DNA of 61,310 nt. Source: Methanobrevibacter sp. Its GTDB lineage: Archaea > Methanobacteriota > Methanobacteria > Methanobacteriales > Methanobacteriaceae. Position numbers and translations under genes: made by a program. This document shows positions 26,238-37,116 of the stretch, in pieces; position 1 is the first letter of the stretch; every line of letters starts with the position of its first letter. The stretch is from the NCBI RefSeq assembly GCF_045126245.1, contig NZ_JBGVOG010000020.1, positions 1-61,310 of the forward strand, in the 5' to 3' direction. Under the pieces are notes generated by a model. The model saw only the letters and a list, made by a program, of their open reading frames with translations. It had not been told where the DNA came from and did not search any database.

Positions 26238-28133
26238 TCACTCCCTACCTGCTTCTAGAGCCCCATACTTGCAGACCTGAATACATACATTACATCCATC
26301 ACATTGAGCTTCATCAACTGTGATTTTTCCATTGATTTTTGAAATTGCAGGACATGCGAGCTCACTTACACATTTATCACAATTATTGCAGTTTGACTCA
26401 ACAAATTGAACCGGCGGTTTTTTAGTCAAGCCTTTAATTAAGGTACATGGTGCTTTTGATATAATTACTGCAGTATCATCTCTTTCGAAAGCCTCTTTAT
26501 ATGTTTTGACAACCTGTTCCAAGTTGAATGGATTGATTACCCGCACATAATCACATCCGCAAGCCAAAGCCAGTTTACGAATGGAAACTTCAGGGGCATC
26601 ATCACCCATACCGTCAACCGGGATGCCCGGATTTGGCTGGCCTCCAGTCATTGCTGTAATCCTGTTATCAAGAACTGTCAGGACAAAATTATGCTTGTTG
26701 TGAACTGCATTGATTAAGGGTGAAACTCCACTATGGAAAAATGTTGAATCTCCGATGAAGCTTGCTACCTTTTGATTGGTGGAAACTGAAAATCCGCAAC
26801 CGTCACCTACACTGGACCCCATTGACAACAGGTAATCAGCAGCATTGTACGGTGGATTAATTCCTAAGGTATAACATCCGATGTCTGATGCAAACACCAC
26901 ATCATCCGGTTTTAATCCAAGCTCATCAATAGCCTTGTTGATTCCATAATACATTGCCCTGTGAGGGCATCCTGCACATAAGACCGGTGCCCTTGAAGGG
27001 ATATCTTCAGACAATTTTTCCAAACTTGATGAATAACTGATTGATTTGTCATCCTTGAAACTTAACACCTTATCGAATCCATCAGCCACAACATCTGAAT
27101 TAAATTCATGGAAAAGAGGGAATGTGCCATCCAATTTACCGTGAACGATTACATCCAATTTTTTCGCGCCTATTGTAGCCAAGGCATCCCTTTCAATAAT
27201 CGGGTCGACTTCCTCAACGACAAACACTTCATCGAGATTGCTTAAAAATTCAGCAACCTTTTCCTGTGGAAACGGATATGAAAATCCCAATTTCAAAATA
27301 TCCATGTCCAATCCATTGAATTTGATAACATCATGAGCGTAATTATAAGCGCTGCTTGAAGATATAACTCCATATTTCTTATCACTTGCAAAGTCAATTT
27401 CACTATTCAAATCACTTTTATTTGCAATCTCTTCAATTTTATGAATTTTATCCCATAACCTCACATGCATTTCGCCGGCAAAAGCTGGAACGGGTACGAA
27501 TTTTGAAGGGTCTTTATCGAAATGACCTCTCTTCCAGTGGTTATCACTGTTTGAAGAATTATCCTTTATGTCTCCAAATTCAACAACACCCCTCATATGG
27601 GATACACGAGTGGTTGTTCTGACAATTACTGGAAGGCCAAATTCCTCAGACAATTCAAATGCATATTTAACCATGTCTTTTACTTCTTGACAATTTGACG
27701 GTTCCAAAACAGGAACGTTCGCCAGTCTCGCATAGTTACGAGTGTCCTGCTCATTTTGAGATGAAAACAGTGAAGGATCATCGGCGGACAAGATGACCAT
27801 ACCGCCTTTAACACCGGAATATGCAGTTGTCATGAATGAATCACTGGCCACATTCATCCCTACATGTTTCATGAAAGTAAATGAACGTAATCCTGAAGCG
27901 GCCGCGGTTGCCGCAACTTCCATCGCCACTTTTTCATTTGTTGAAAATTCAAAGTAGATATTGGCATCTTTAGCCAATACGGATAATACGTTTCCAATTT
28001 CTGATGAAGGAGTTCCAGGATAGGTGGCTGCAATAGAAACACCCGCTTCTATCACTCCCCTAACAGCAGCTTCATTACCAAGTAAAAATTGTTTTTCACC
28101 TTGAACCCCTGTAACTAATTCTTTTAAATTCAT
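26238..28133 (-). CDS. iorA: Indolepyruvate:ferredoxin oxidoreductase subunit alpha
   Basis: LLGNEA, YPGTPSSE, NEKVA, MKHVG.NVA.D, SQNEQD, LCAGCPHR, DIGCYTLG, IGDSTFFHSG, C-terminal ferredoxin. Confidence 0.96.
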   Translation of the reverse strand: MNLKELVTGVQGEKQFLLGNEAAVRGVIEAGVSIAATYPGTPSSEIGNVLSVLAKDANIYFEFSTNEKVAMEVAATAAASGLRSFTFMKHVGMNVASDSFMTTAYSGVKGGMVILSADDPSLFSSQNEQDTRNYARLANVPVLEPSNCQEVKDMVKYAFELSEEFGLPVIVRTTTRVSHMRGVVEFGDIKDNSSNSDNHWKRGHFDKDPSKFVPVPAFAGEMHVRLWDKIHKIEEIANKSDLNSEIDFASDKKYGVISSSSAYNYAHDVIKFNGLDMDILKLGFSYPFPQEKVAEFLSNLDEVFVVEEVDPIIERDALATIGAKKLDVIVHGKLDGTFPLFHEFNSDVVADGFDKVLSFKDDKSISYSSSLEKLSEDIPSRAPVLCAGCPHRAMYYGINKAIDELGLKPDDVVFASDIGCYTLGINPPYNAADYLLSMGSSVGDGCGFSVSTNQKVASFIGDSTFFHSGVSPLINAVHNKHNFVLTVLDNRITAMTGGQPNPGIPVDGMGDDAPEVSIRKLALACGCDYVRVINPFNLEQVVKTYKEAFERDDTAVIISKAPCTLIKGLTKKPPVQFVESNCNNCDKCVSELACPAISKINGKITVDEAQCDGCNVCIQVCKYGALEAGRE

Positions 28134-28235
28134 TATATTTTCCTCAAAATAATCATTAATACAATATATTATATAATAGTTTGATGTATAAATATTATAT
28201 TATAATATTTTATAAGCTTTTAGAAATGGAGGGGA

Positions 28236-29714
28236 ATGATGATTAAAGTTTATGTTTCAAGGTTTGATGGTGAAAAAGACACAGAACCTCATTTGGAGTG
28301 TTATGAAATTGAAAAAACACCTCAGATGAAAGTATTGGATGCGCTTCAAGCCATTAACGAAAAATATGATGCCGACATTAGTTTTAGAAGCTCATGTAGG
28401 GCTGGACAATGCGGATCATGTGGAATCTTGTTTAAAGGAAATGGGGCTCTTGCATGTCAGAAGGAAATAAAAGATGGTGCAATTATTGAACCGCTCAATT
28501 TTCCTGTCATTAAAGATTTAATAGTTGATAAATCAAGTATCGAAGCTAAAGTAAAAGATTTAGAGTTATCCCTCCAATGTGACCATGAATGTAGTGAACT
28601 CGATACTTCAATTACAAAAGATGACACAAAAGATACCAAAAAAGTAAGAAGCTGTATAGAATGTTATTCCTGCCTTTCAACTTGCCCTGTTGTCAATATT
28701 GCAACTGAAGAATTCGGCGGACCTTACCTAATGAGATATATCAATAAATTTGAAACTGACCCTAGAGACAACTTTGACAGGCTGAAAGATGCTTTGGATG
28801 AAGGATTGTACAATTGTACAAGTTGCGGAAAATGTTTGGCTGTTTGTCCTAAAAACATCAACACATTTGGAGACGCAATAGAAAAAATGAGAGCCATTGC
28901 AGTTGCAAATGGTTCAGGCCCACTTCCGGAACATGTGGCATTTAAAGATAATATCTTAAAAACTGGAAGGTCTATAAAAACCGATAAAACATCATTTATC
29001 GATGAAGTTGAAAATTATACTGGATCCAAAGTGGCTTTCTTTACCGGATGCATGGTCGATTATAAATTCCCTGAAATCGGACACATGCTGGTAAATGTCT
29101 TAAAGGAAAACGGCATTGACGTTGATGTTCCAGAAGGCCAGGTATGTTGCGGTTCCCCTCTTTTAAGAACCGGGCAAACAGATATAGTTCAGGAACTCGT
29201 TGACAAAAATAAAGAAGTCTTTAAAGATTACGATACCGTGATTACTGTTTGTTCAGGCTGTGGAGCTACCTTGAAAAATAATCATCCGGAATTCGGCTCA
29301 AAATTACACGTAATGGACATCAGTGAATTTTTAGTGGATAAACTTGATGCGAGCAAAATGAAAGAAGTTGACATGAAAGTTACCTATCATGACCCATGCC
29401 ATTTAGGAAGGGGCCAAGGCATAAAAGATGCACCAAGAGATATAATTGAAATGATTCCTGGAATCAAATTCGAAGAAATGAAATATCCTTGCCAATGCTG
29501 CGGAGCCGGTGGAGGAATAAAATCCGGAAAACCTGAAATCGCAATGGATTTATCAAAATCAAAGGCGGAAATGATTAAGGATACAGGTGCTGATGCGGTA
29601 GTTACAATTTGTCCTTTCTGTGATTTGAACTTGCAGGATGGTTTAAATGCGATAGGTTGCGAAGACATCAAATCTATGCACATACTTGAATTATTAACAA
29701 AAGCTTATGAATAA
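28236..29714 (+). CDS. tfrB: Thiol:fumarate reductase subunit B (FrdB-like Fe-S plus CCG domains)
   Basis: SCRAGQCGSC, CIECYSCLSTCP, CTSCGKCLAVCP, CCGSP, YHDPCHL, CCGAGGG. Confidence 0.9.
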   Translation: MMIKVYVSRFDGEKDTEPHLECYEIEKTPQMKVLDALQAINEKYDADISFRSSCRAGQCGSCGILFKGNGALACQKEIKDGAIIEPLNFPVIKDLIVDKSSIEAKVKDLELSLQCDHECSELDTSITKDDTKDTKKVRSCIECYSCLSTCPVVNIATEEFGGPYLMRYINKFETDPRDNFDRLKDALDEGLYNCTSCGKCLAVCPKNINTFGDAIEKMRAIAVANGSGPLPEHVAFKDNILKTGRSIKTDKTSFIDEVENYTGSKVAFFTGCMVDYKFPEIGHMLVNVLKENGIDVDVPEGQVCCGSPLLRTGQTDIVQELVDKNKEVFKDYDTVITVCSGCGATLKNNHPEFGSKLHVMDISEFLVDKLDASKMKEVDMKVTYHDPCHLGRGQGIKDAPRDIIEMIPGIKFEEMKYPCQCCGAGGGIKSGKPEIAMDLSKSKAEMIKDTGADAVVTICPFCDLNLQDGLNAIGCEDIKSMHILELLTKAYE

Positions 29715-29719
29715 TTATA

Positions 29720-30634
29720 ATGGAGTTGATTAAGATAGGAGATGCTGCTGTAAGTGAAGAAAAAGTGGTGGATACAGCCCCATTAGCTTCACCAAAAGAG
29801 GAAGAAGACTCAAAAGCAGAAAAAAAATCAACTTCAACAAAAAAATCAAAAGCAAAAACCCAATCCAGAGGAACCGGAAGGGCGAAACTTACAAAAGCTC
29901 AGGAAGAAAAGGAAATAAACCTCTTTAAAGAGAATATTTACATTGTTTTTGTTGAGTGTGAAACTCCCGGAAATATTGGTTTTCTTGCAAGAACCATGGC
30001 AAACTTTGGATTGAAAAATTTAATACTTATAAATCCTCCCAAACTAACAAACGAGGCATATTATCAGGCAACACACGGAAAATATATTGTTGAAAATGCA
30101 AAAATCTACAAAACTTTGGATGAATTTTACCAATCCCAAAGAATTGATTTTAAAGTTGCCTCTACTGGTATGGCCGGAGGAAGTTATAATTTATCTAGAA
30201 TTCCCCTTAGACCGGAAGAGCTAGGAAAATCATTGAATGCTTCAAATAAAATAGCAATTTTATTTGGAAGGGAAGGAAATGGACTTACAAATAAAGAGAT
30301 TGAAGATTGTGACATTTGTGTCTCCATTCCCACAGACCCCACTTACCCTATAATGAATATCTCCCATGCTGCCGCAATCATATTCTATGAATTGTTTAAA
30401 AACAAACATGATTATGGCGTTAAAGGTTTGGAAGAAAGCAGCGAGCTTGAAAAAGAATATTTATTAAAGGACATGAGTGATTTGATTAACAGTTTGGATA
30501 TACCGGACCACAAAAAGAAAAATGGTTTAAAATCATTCAAAAATATTATCAATAGAGCATTCATAACTGGTAGGGAAGCGCATACATTAAAAGGCATATT
30601 AAGACGATTAAAAATAAAACTTGGTGAAGAATGA
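29720..30634 (+). CDS. TrmJ/TrmH (SPOUT) family RNA methyltransferase
   Basis: PGNIGFLARTMANFG, LFGREGNGLTN, MNISHAAAI; low-complexity N-terminal extension. Confidence 0.9.
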   Translation: MELIKIGDAAVSEEKVVDTAPLASPKEEEDSKAEKKSTSTKKSKAKTQSRGTGRAKLTKAQEEKEINLFKENIYIVFVECETPGNIGFLARTMANFGLKNLILINPPKLTNEAYYQATHGKYIVENAKIYKTLDEFYQSQRIDFKVASTGMAGGSYNLSRIPLRPEELGKSLNASNKIAILFGREGNGLTNKEIEDCDICVSIPTDPTYPIMNISHAAAIIFYELFKNKHDYGVKGLEESSELEKEYLLKDMSDLINSLDIPDHKKKNGLKSFKNIINRAFITGREAHTLKGILRRLKIKLGEE

Positions 30635-31455
30635 AACGAATTAGCTTTGCAGAAATCAGTATTTTTGTCCTAAAATACATTTTCAATTGGAGATTTTGGA
30701 TAGCTGAAATCACAAAAAAATCAAAGGCATATAAAAAATTTATTGATAAAATGCTTTTTGAAGATGATGAAATTGTAGTTATCCCAAATACCATAAATAT
30801 CAACAAAAAAATTGAATCTGAAGGCTCCGAATTCTTGCCAACAGAGATTATTAAAGATGTCATCAAACGTTGTGATGACATTGTAATTATGGATACCTGC
30901 CTTTGTAGGACTTCAAACGATTGTAAGGACTATCCACAAGATATCGGCTGTATATTCCTTGGACCAACAAGTAAAAAGATTCCAAGAAGCATCGGTAAAA
31001 AAGCAACAGTCGAAGAAGCATTGGCTCAGGTGGATAAAGCTGATGCTGCGGGTTTGAGCCATATAATCGGTAGAAACAAAATCGATACTGTTTGGATGAA
31101 TGTCAGACCTGGAAAAGGACTTTTAACAATCTGCCACTGCTGTCCATGTTGCTGCCTGTGGAAAGTTTATCCTAATTTAGATAGCGACATTAGCGATAAA
31201 CTAGAAAAGTTGGATGGCGTGCAAGTTAAACTACACGATGACAACTGTAAAAAATGTAAGAAATGTCTTGATATGTGCATGTTCAAGGCCATCAGCATGG
31301 AAGACGGTAAAATCACAATCGACACAGACAACTGCAAAGGATGCGGATTATGTGCTAATTCCTGTAAATTTGATGCCATCAGCATTGAATATAGCGACAA
31401 GACTATTGAAAATGTAGTCAATAGAATTGATAACCTTTATGAAAAAGAATTATAA
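30631..31455 (+). CDS. 4Fe-4S ferredoxin-domain protein
   Basis: [39 protein letters not shown] overlap with the upstream gene. Confidence 0.85.
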   Translation: MKRISFAEISIFVLKYIFNWRFWIAEITKKSKAYKKFIDKMLFEDDEIVVIPNTININKKIESEGSEFLPTEIIKDVIKRCDDIVIMDTCLCRTSNDCKDYPQDIGCIFLGPTSKKIPRSIGKKATVEEALAQVDKADAAGLSHIIGRNKIDTVWMNVRPGKGLLTICHCCPCCCLWKVYPNLDSDISDKLEKLDGVQVKLHDDNCKKCKKCLDMCMFKAISMEDGKITIDTDNCKGCGLCANSCKFDAISIEYSDKTIENVVNRIDNLYEKEL

Positions 31456-31483
31456 AACTTATTAAATGATTTTGTGTGAAAAC

Positions 31484-32071
31484 ATGGCAATCTTAAGTGA
31501 TAAAGATATAAAAAAATACTTAAAAGAGGGAAAAATAGCAATCGAACCTCTTAAAGACGAAAAGCAAATACAACCATCTTCCGTTGATATGAGATTGGGA
31601 GATGAATTTAAAGTATTTAAAGTCATAAGAAAACCTTACATTGATCCTAAAGATGAAGAAGATGTTGCATCCTATATGGAATCAACCACCGTCAAAGAGG
31701 GTGAAGCGTTCATTATACATCCAAATGAATTTGCCCTTGCTACAACTTTGGAATATGTTAAAATACCTGATGATTTGGTTGCAAGAGTGGAAGGACGTTC
31801 AAGCATGGGGCGTTTAGGTGTTACAATGCATGTTACAGCAGGTTTTATTGACCCTGGTTTTGAAGGGAAAATCACTTTAGAAATATCCAATATTGGTGCA
31901 ATGCCTGTCGCACTTTATCCTGGCCAAAGAGTTTGTCAAATCGTGTTTGAAACCATGACAACCCCTTCAGAAGTGCCATATGGACACCCTGATAGAAATA
32001 GTAAATATATGGGCCAGACTCGCCCTGAAAGCAGTAGAGTCAAATTAGATTATGAATTGAAAAAAGATTAG
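31484..32071 (+). CDS. dcd: dCTP deaminase
   Basis: ILSDKDI, QPSSVDMRLG, EGRSSMGRLG, TAGFIDPGFEGKITLE. Confidence 0.95.
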   Translation: MAILSDKDIKKYLKEGKIAIEPLKDEKQIQPSSVDMRLGDEFKVFKVIRKPYIDPKDEEDVASYMESTTVKEGEAFIIHPNEFALATTLEYVKIPDDLVARVEGRSSMGRLGVTMHVTAGFIDPGFEGKITLEISNIGAMPVALYPGQRVCQIVFETMTTPSEVPYGHPDRNSKYMGQTRPESSRVKLDYELKKD

Positions 32072-32083
32072 GAGTTAATATTT

Positions 32084-33778
32084 ATGAATCATGATAAAAT
32101 GAACAATATAAGTGCAAAAAGAGGATTTTTATGGCCGTCCTTTGAAATTTACTCAGGAGTATCAGGTTTTACTGACTATGGTCCCCTTGGAGCAAGCCTA
32201 AAGAACAACATTATGCAAAAATGGAGAAAGCAATATGTTTCCGGTGAAGGATTTTATGAAATTGAAGGTCCTACAGTAATGCCTAAAGAAGTCTTGAAAG
32301 CATCAGGACATGTTGACAACTTCACAGACCCAATGTGCAAATGTGAAAAATGTGGTGAAGTTTTCAGAGCAGACCACATCATTGAAGAGGTGATTGGGGA
32401 AGATGTGGAAAGTCTGGAAAACGAAGAGCTTGACCAGATTGTCATCGACAACAATATAGTATGTCCGGAATGTGGTGGAAAATTATCCAACATCTGGAAT
32501 TATAATTTGATGTTTAAAACAGAAATCGGAGCAAAAGGAGATAAAGTAGGTTACATGAGACCTGAAACCGCTCAAGGAATATTCATTTTATTCAAACGTT
32601 TGGAAAGATTTTTCAGAGGAAAACTTCCATTTGGAGCAGTTCAGCTTGGAAAAGCATACAGAAATGAAATATCTCCAAGACAAGGCGTTATCAGACTTAG
32701 GGAATTTACACAGGCGGAAGCGGAGATATTCCTAAACCCTAAAGATAAAACCCATCCGAAATTCGCACAAATTGAAAACGAGATATTGCGCTTAAATTCA
32801 CAGGAAGTTCAAGAAAATAACACAGAACCATTGGAAATTACTGCACGTGAAGCTCTGGACAAAGGCATTGTGGCCAACGAAATGCTAATTTATCAATTAT
32901 ATTTAGCACGTAAATTTTTAACTGAAATTGGAATTCCAGAAGAAGTTTTAAGATTCAGACAACACCTTGCAGGGGAAATGGCACATTATGCACTTGACTG
33001 TTGGGATGTAGAAGTGAAAACCGACAAATACGGTTGGGTTGAAATCATTGGAATCGCCGATAGGGGAGATTATGACTTGACTTCACACTCCGAGTTCAGT
33101 AATGATGAACTGAACGTGTTTATTGAATACGACGAACCTAAAAAAGTTCAAAAAACAGTCGTTAAACCTAATTTATCCAAATTTGGACCTATATTTAAAG
33201 GAGATTCACCTAAAGTAAAACAAGCCATTGAAGATGCTGACCCTGAAGACATCAAGGCAGCACTTGAAAATGATGGAAAATTCACCGTTGAGTTGGATAA
33301 GGTTTATGAAGTAGACAAAGATTTGCTCATATTTGAAGAAATTGAAGAGGAAATCACTGGTGAGAGAATCATACCTCATGTAATTGAACCCTCATTCGGT
33401 ATTGACCGTATAGTATATTCAGTTTTACTCCATTCATTTACAGAAACTGAAGAAAAAGACTACTTTAAATTTGATAAATCAGTTGCTCCGGTGCAGGTTG
33501 GAGTTTTCCCTCTTGTCAATAAGGAAGGCCCGCGTGAAATTGCTCAAGATTTAACTGAAAGCTTAAGAATGGCCGGATTTAGAGTAGAATATGATGCAAC
33601 AGGAACAATTGGAAAAAGATACGCTCGAGCTGATGAAATTGGTACTCCTCTTGCAATAACAGTTGATTTCGATACCCTTGAAGATAATCAGGTGACAGTA
33701 AGGGACAGAGACACCGAAAATCAGCAAAGAATTCCGATTGATGAGCTAAACGACTACTTGGAAAAATATTATAAATGA
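32084..33778 (+). CDS. glyS: Glycine--tRNA ligase (archaeal/eukaryotic type)
   Basis: YGPLG, MRPETAQG, RNEISPRQG..RLREFTQAE, EMAHYA, PHVIEPSFGIDR, IGKRYARADEIG. Confidence 0.97.
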   Translation: MNHDKMNNISAKRGFLWPSFEIYSGVSGFTDYGPLGASLKNNIMQKWRKQYVSGEGFYEIEGPTVMPKEVLKASGHVDNFTDPMCKCEKCGEVFRADHIIEEVIGEDVESLENEELDQIVIDNNIVCPECGGKLSNIWNYNLMFKTEIGAKGDKVGYMRPETAQGIFILFKRLERFFRGKLPFGAVQLGKAYRNEISPRQGVIRLREFTQAEAEIFLNPKDKTHPKFAQIENEILRLNSQEVQENNTEPLEITAREALDKGIVANEMLIYQLYLARKFLTEIGIPEEVLRFRQHLAGEMAHYALDCWDVEVKTDKYGWVEIIGIADRGDYDLTSHSEFSNDELNVFIEYDEPKKVQKTVVKPNLSKFGPIFKGDSPKVKQAIEDADPEDIKAALENDGKFTVELDKVYEVDKDLLIFEEIEEEITGERIIPHVIEPSFGIDRIVYSVLLHSFTETEEKDYFKFDKSVAPVQVGVFPLVNKEGPREIAQDLTESLRMAGFRVEYDATGTIGKRYARADEIGTPLAITVDFDTLEDNQVTVRDRDTENQQRIPIDELNDYLEKYYK

Positions 33779-33786
33779 GTTTAAAC

Positions 33787-34566
33787 TCATTTATTTAAAT
33801 TTTTAAAATTTTCATAGAGATTATCTGCCCATTTCAATGAATTGCTATTTTTTGAGATTAATAATCTATTTTGATCAAAACTCCCATCTTCCTTAAATAA
33901 TCCCAGAATCATCACTTTATCTGTGACTATCAATAGAAAATTATCTTCTTTTTTAAATGATGAAAAACTTTTAATTTCAGATTTTTCTTCAAAAACACTT
34001 AGAATATCGCTGGAAACCATCATTTCTACATATTTATTGTTTTTAACCATATTATTCAATTGATTATTGAAATTTTCATAATAAAACGGCAAAATGCATT
34101 TTACAAACTCAGCTTCCATTAGGGCATTCTCAATATAATTGTAGGTCCTATACGCATCAATATCATCGGATTCAATTAGACTCGCCTGCCCTATCAAGTA
34201 TATCTCGGCTATTGATTCATTTGGAATCATATCAACCAGATGTTTATCCAAAATATTGAAAAACTTGTTTATCACATCAATTGTTTTATTCAACTCCAGA
34301 ATGTTTTCAATCTGCATTTTCATGGAATTGGTCAAATGATATTTGCTTGATTGCCTGTAGACAAAATTTTCCAATTCCAGCTTGTGCATGGTGCTTGATA
34401 CTGAACTGTAGCTTAATCCAGTATCCTCAGTCAAGGATTTCATGCTTTTAGGGTTTTCATATAATGTTGCTATAATTTTTAACCTAGACAACGAGTTTGT
34501 AATATATTTTACATCTTTTGAAATAGATTCATAACTTTTTAAATAATTTTCGTTTTCTTCAATCAC
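33787..34566 (-). CDS. Winged-helix transcriptional regulator with DUF1724/FilR1-like C-terminal region
   Basis: SLSRLKII..L, HTH LTEDTGLSYSSVSSTMHKLE, LGLFKEDGSFDQNR, WADNLY; GTG 34566 after AGGTGG. Confidence 0.8.
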   Translation of the reverse strand: MIEENENYLKSYESISKDVKYITNSLSRLKIIATLYENPKSMKSLTEDTGLSYSSVSSTMHKLELENFVYRQSSKYHLTNSMKMQIENILELNKTIDVINKFFNILDKHLVDMIPNESIAEIYLIGQASLIESDDIDAYRTYNYIENALMEAEFVKCILPFYYENFNNQLNNMVKNNKYVEMMVSSDILSVFEEKSEIKSFSSFKKEDNFLLIVTDKVMILGLFKEDGSFDQNRLLISKNSNSLKWADNLYENFKNLNK

Positions 34567-34752
34567 AATAGACCACCTATTAGTATTACTTATTCTATTA
34601 TTTTTATTACTAAAAATATAAAATTTCTTGAAGTGAACAACCGCATAGGATAACACTTGCAAAAACTATAAAAGAAGTTAGATTTTTTAGATATTTTTTT
34701 AAAACAGAATAAACAAATTAAACATAAACTAATAAAATCGAATGGGATAAAA

Positions 34753-35517
34753 ATGATTGATACACATATGCATGCAGATTCAAGAAGCGGCGAGGATTTT
34801 AGGCAAATGTATCTTGCAGGAATCAATACAGCAATTACATGCAGCTATTACCCTTATAGAATAGAACATGAAATGATTCTCTTAAATCACTTAAACAGAA
34901 TATTGGAATTGGACACTGCAAGAGCAGAAGAACATGGACTTGATTTGAAGGTAGCATTAGGCATTCATCCAACAAACACCAATATAAATCCGGAAATAAT
35001 CTTTGAAAGCCTATACAAATGGATTGATGCCAAACAAATTGTTGCCATTGGCGAAATTGGTCTTGAAGATATGAGTGAAAACGAAATTGAGATATTTAAA
35101 AAACAACTGGATATTGCACAGGAGACCAAATCAAAAGTGATTGTTCATACACCTCGAAAAAACAAAAAGGAAGTTCTAAAAGAGATTATTGAAATCATAC
35201 CTCAACATTTAGATGAAACACAGGCAGTTATCGACCACATCAACCCAGACGTTATTGAAGAGTCAATCAATACCGATTGTATGCTCGGCTTAACTGTGCA
35301 ACCCCAAAAAATGGAAAAAGAAGACGCTATAGCAATTTTGGATGAATATGGTTTTGATAGATTCCTGTTAAATAGTGACATTAGCAATAAACCGTCAGAT
35401 CCTCTTTCAGTTCCTAAAACTGTACGGGAACTTGAAAGACTAGGATATCCTCGCAAAGAAATTGATAAAGTATCATTTAAAAATGCAGAAGACTTTTTCG
35501 ATTTAAACACAATTTAA
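34753..35517 (+). CDS. TatD-related metal-dependent hydrolase
   Basis: IDTHMH, GIHP, AIGEIG, VHTPR, IDH, LNSD. Confidence 0.88.
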   Translation: MIDTHMHADSRSGEDFRQMYLAGINTAITCSYYPYRIEHEMILLNHLNRILELDTARAEEHGLDLKVALGIHPTNTNINPEIIFESLYKWIDAKQIVAIGEIGLEDMSENEIEIFKKQLDIAQETKSKVIVHTPRKNKKEVLKEIIEIIPQHLDETQAVIDHINPDVIEESINTDCMLGLTVQPQKMEKEDAIAILDEYGFDRFLLNSDISNKPSDPLSVPKTVRELERLGYPRKEIDKVSFKNAEDFFDLNTI

Positions 35518-35543
35518 ATATTATGAATTACTAAGTTATCATT

Positions 35544-36173
35544 ATGGGAAACGACAAATTAATCATAACGGCATTAATTGCAATTATTGCCATTTTACTT
35601 ATATTAATTGGGGCCACGGTTATTCCAACAATGATGAAAGAAGACTGCCAATTAGACATTACCAGCCCGGAATCTTTAAATGGGAGAGATAATATCACTG
35701 TCCATTTATATGATTCTGAAAACAACCCAATCTCCGATAAAAACATTAAAGTTATCCTTAGAAATTCCAACACCTCACAGGAATATTTAATTAAAACAGA
35801 TTCAAACGGAATTGCCACATTAACATTAACTGAAGATAATGTTGGAACATATAACCTAACATGCAGCTTTGAAGGTGACGATACCTACAAACCGGCTTCC
35901 ACTACAAAAGAGATTACCGTAAATGGCACTAGCGAGGCAACTGCAAGCAGTACTCAAGATCCAATTGAAGCAAATAGGCCTAAAAATGATCCCAACTACA
36001 AAGGATACACACCAAATCACGAAAGTGAAATTATTAACGGTTGGAATCCCCATGAACACGAAACCTATCGTGAAAGCATGAGCGATGGAAACGTGAAAAT
36101 TCACTATGACGACGGTTACTTCAGGCTTGTTGACAGAAACGGATATGTAATTACTTACGGTTATGGCGGTTAA
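35544..36173 (+). CDS. Membrane-anchored/secreted Ig-like (adhesin-like) protein
   Basis: N-terminal hydrophobic anchor; KTDSNGIATL, GTYNLTCSFEGDDTYKPAS beta-sandwich signature. Confidence 0.7.
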   Translation: MGNDKLIITALIAIIAILLILIGATVIPTMMKEDCQLDITSPESLNGRDNITVHLYDSENNPISDKNIKVILRNSNTSQEYLIKTDSNGIATLTLTEDNVGTYNLTCSFEGDDTYKPASTTKEITVNGTSEATASSTQDPIEANRPKNDPNYKGYTPNHESEIINGWNPHEHETYRESMSDGNVKIHYDDGYFRLVDRNGYVITYGYGG

Positions 36174-36214
36174 ACCCATAGCCTTTTTAATTTTTAAAAA
36201 TCAATATAATAAAT

Positions 36215-37111
36215 ATGATTGAAAAAATACCTATTCCAATTTGCGGATTAATTCTTGCATTATTATCCCTTGGAAATCTCTTAAACGATACACATCCCTA
36301 TTTAAGAGTACTTTGCGCCACAATAGGTATAATACTCATGATTTTAATATTGGCAAAACTCATTTTATATCCCAAAAATATTAAAAAGGATTTAAAAAAT
36401 CCAGTTATTGCGAGTAATTCCGGCACTTTTTCTATGAGTTTAATGCTTTTATCTACATACCTTTCACAATTTATGCCGGATATCGCGTGTGGTGTGTGGA
36501 TATTGGGTGTAGCTTTACACATTTCACTAATGATTTACTTTACCCATCATTTTATCATATCCAACTTTGATATTTCAACAGTTTATCCAAGCTACTGGAT
36601 AGTCTTTATTGGAATTACAATGGCCGCAATCACAGCACATGTGCACGGCCTTAATGAAATAGGATTCATATTCTTTTTGGCAGGATTTATTGCAATGCTC
36701 ATTACACTGCCCCTTGTCATATACAGATACCTGAAATACAGTGACATTCCTGATGCCAATAAACCGTTGATATGTATTTTCAATGCGGTTTTAAGCATAT
36801 TAATAGTGGGATACATAAATTCCTACAATAGCATATCAATTGAGTTTTTAGGAATAATGTATGCATTTGCATGTATATTTTACATATTTTCACTGATTAA
36901 ATTCCTGGAATATAGAAAATTAGATTTTTATCCAAGTTTTGCGGCATTTACATTTCCATTTGTAATCAGCACTCTTGCAACAAAAGGAGTAATTTCAAAA
37001 ATAGGGTCAAACATCATATTGGACGATGTATTGACTTTGCAGACAATCATAGCCTCAGCTATCGTATTGTATGTATTAATAAAATATATAAAATTTTTAA
37101 GTAGAAATTAA
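36215..37111 (+). CDS. TDT (SLAC1/TehA-like) family transporter
   Basis: About 10 TM; IPIPICGLIL...LGNLL, YPSYWIVFIGI, FYPSFAAFTFPFVIS. Confidence 0.85.
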   Translation: MIEKIPIPICGLILALLSLGNLLNDTHPYLRVLCATIGIILMILILAKLILYPKNIKKDLKNPVIASNSGTFSMSLMLLSTYLSQFMPDIACGVWILGVALHISLMIYFTHHFIISNFDISTVYPSYWIVFIGITMAAITAHVHGLNEIGFIFFLAGFIAMLITLPLVIYRYLKYSDIPDANKPLICIFNAVLSILIVGYINSYNSISIEFLGIMYAFACIFYIFSLIKFLEYRKLDFYPSFAAFTFPFVISTLATKGVISKIGSNIILDDVLTLQTIIASAIVLYVLIKYIKFLSRN

Positions 37112-37116
37112 TCTAC

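Noticed and set aside
28236..29714. Heterodisulfide reductase HdrD
   Set aside because: An N-terminal FrdB/SdhB-type 2Fe-2S domain fused to CCG domains fits TfrB better.
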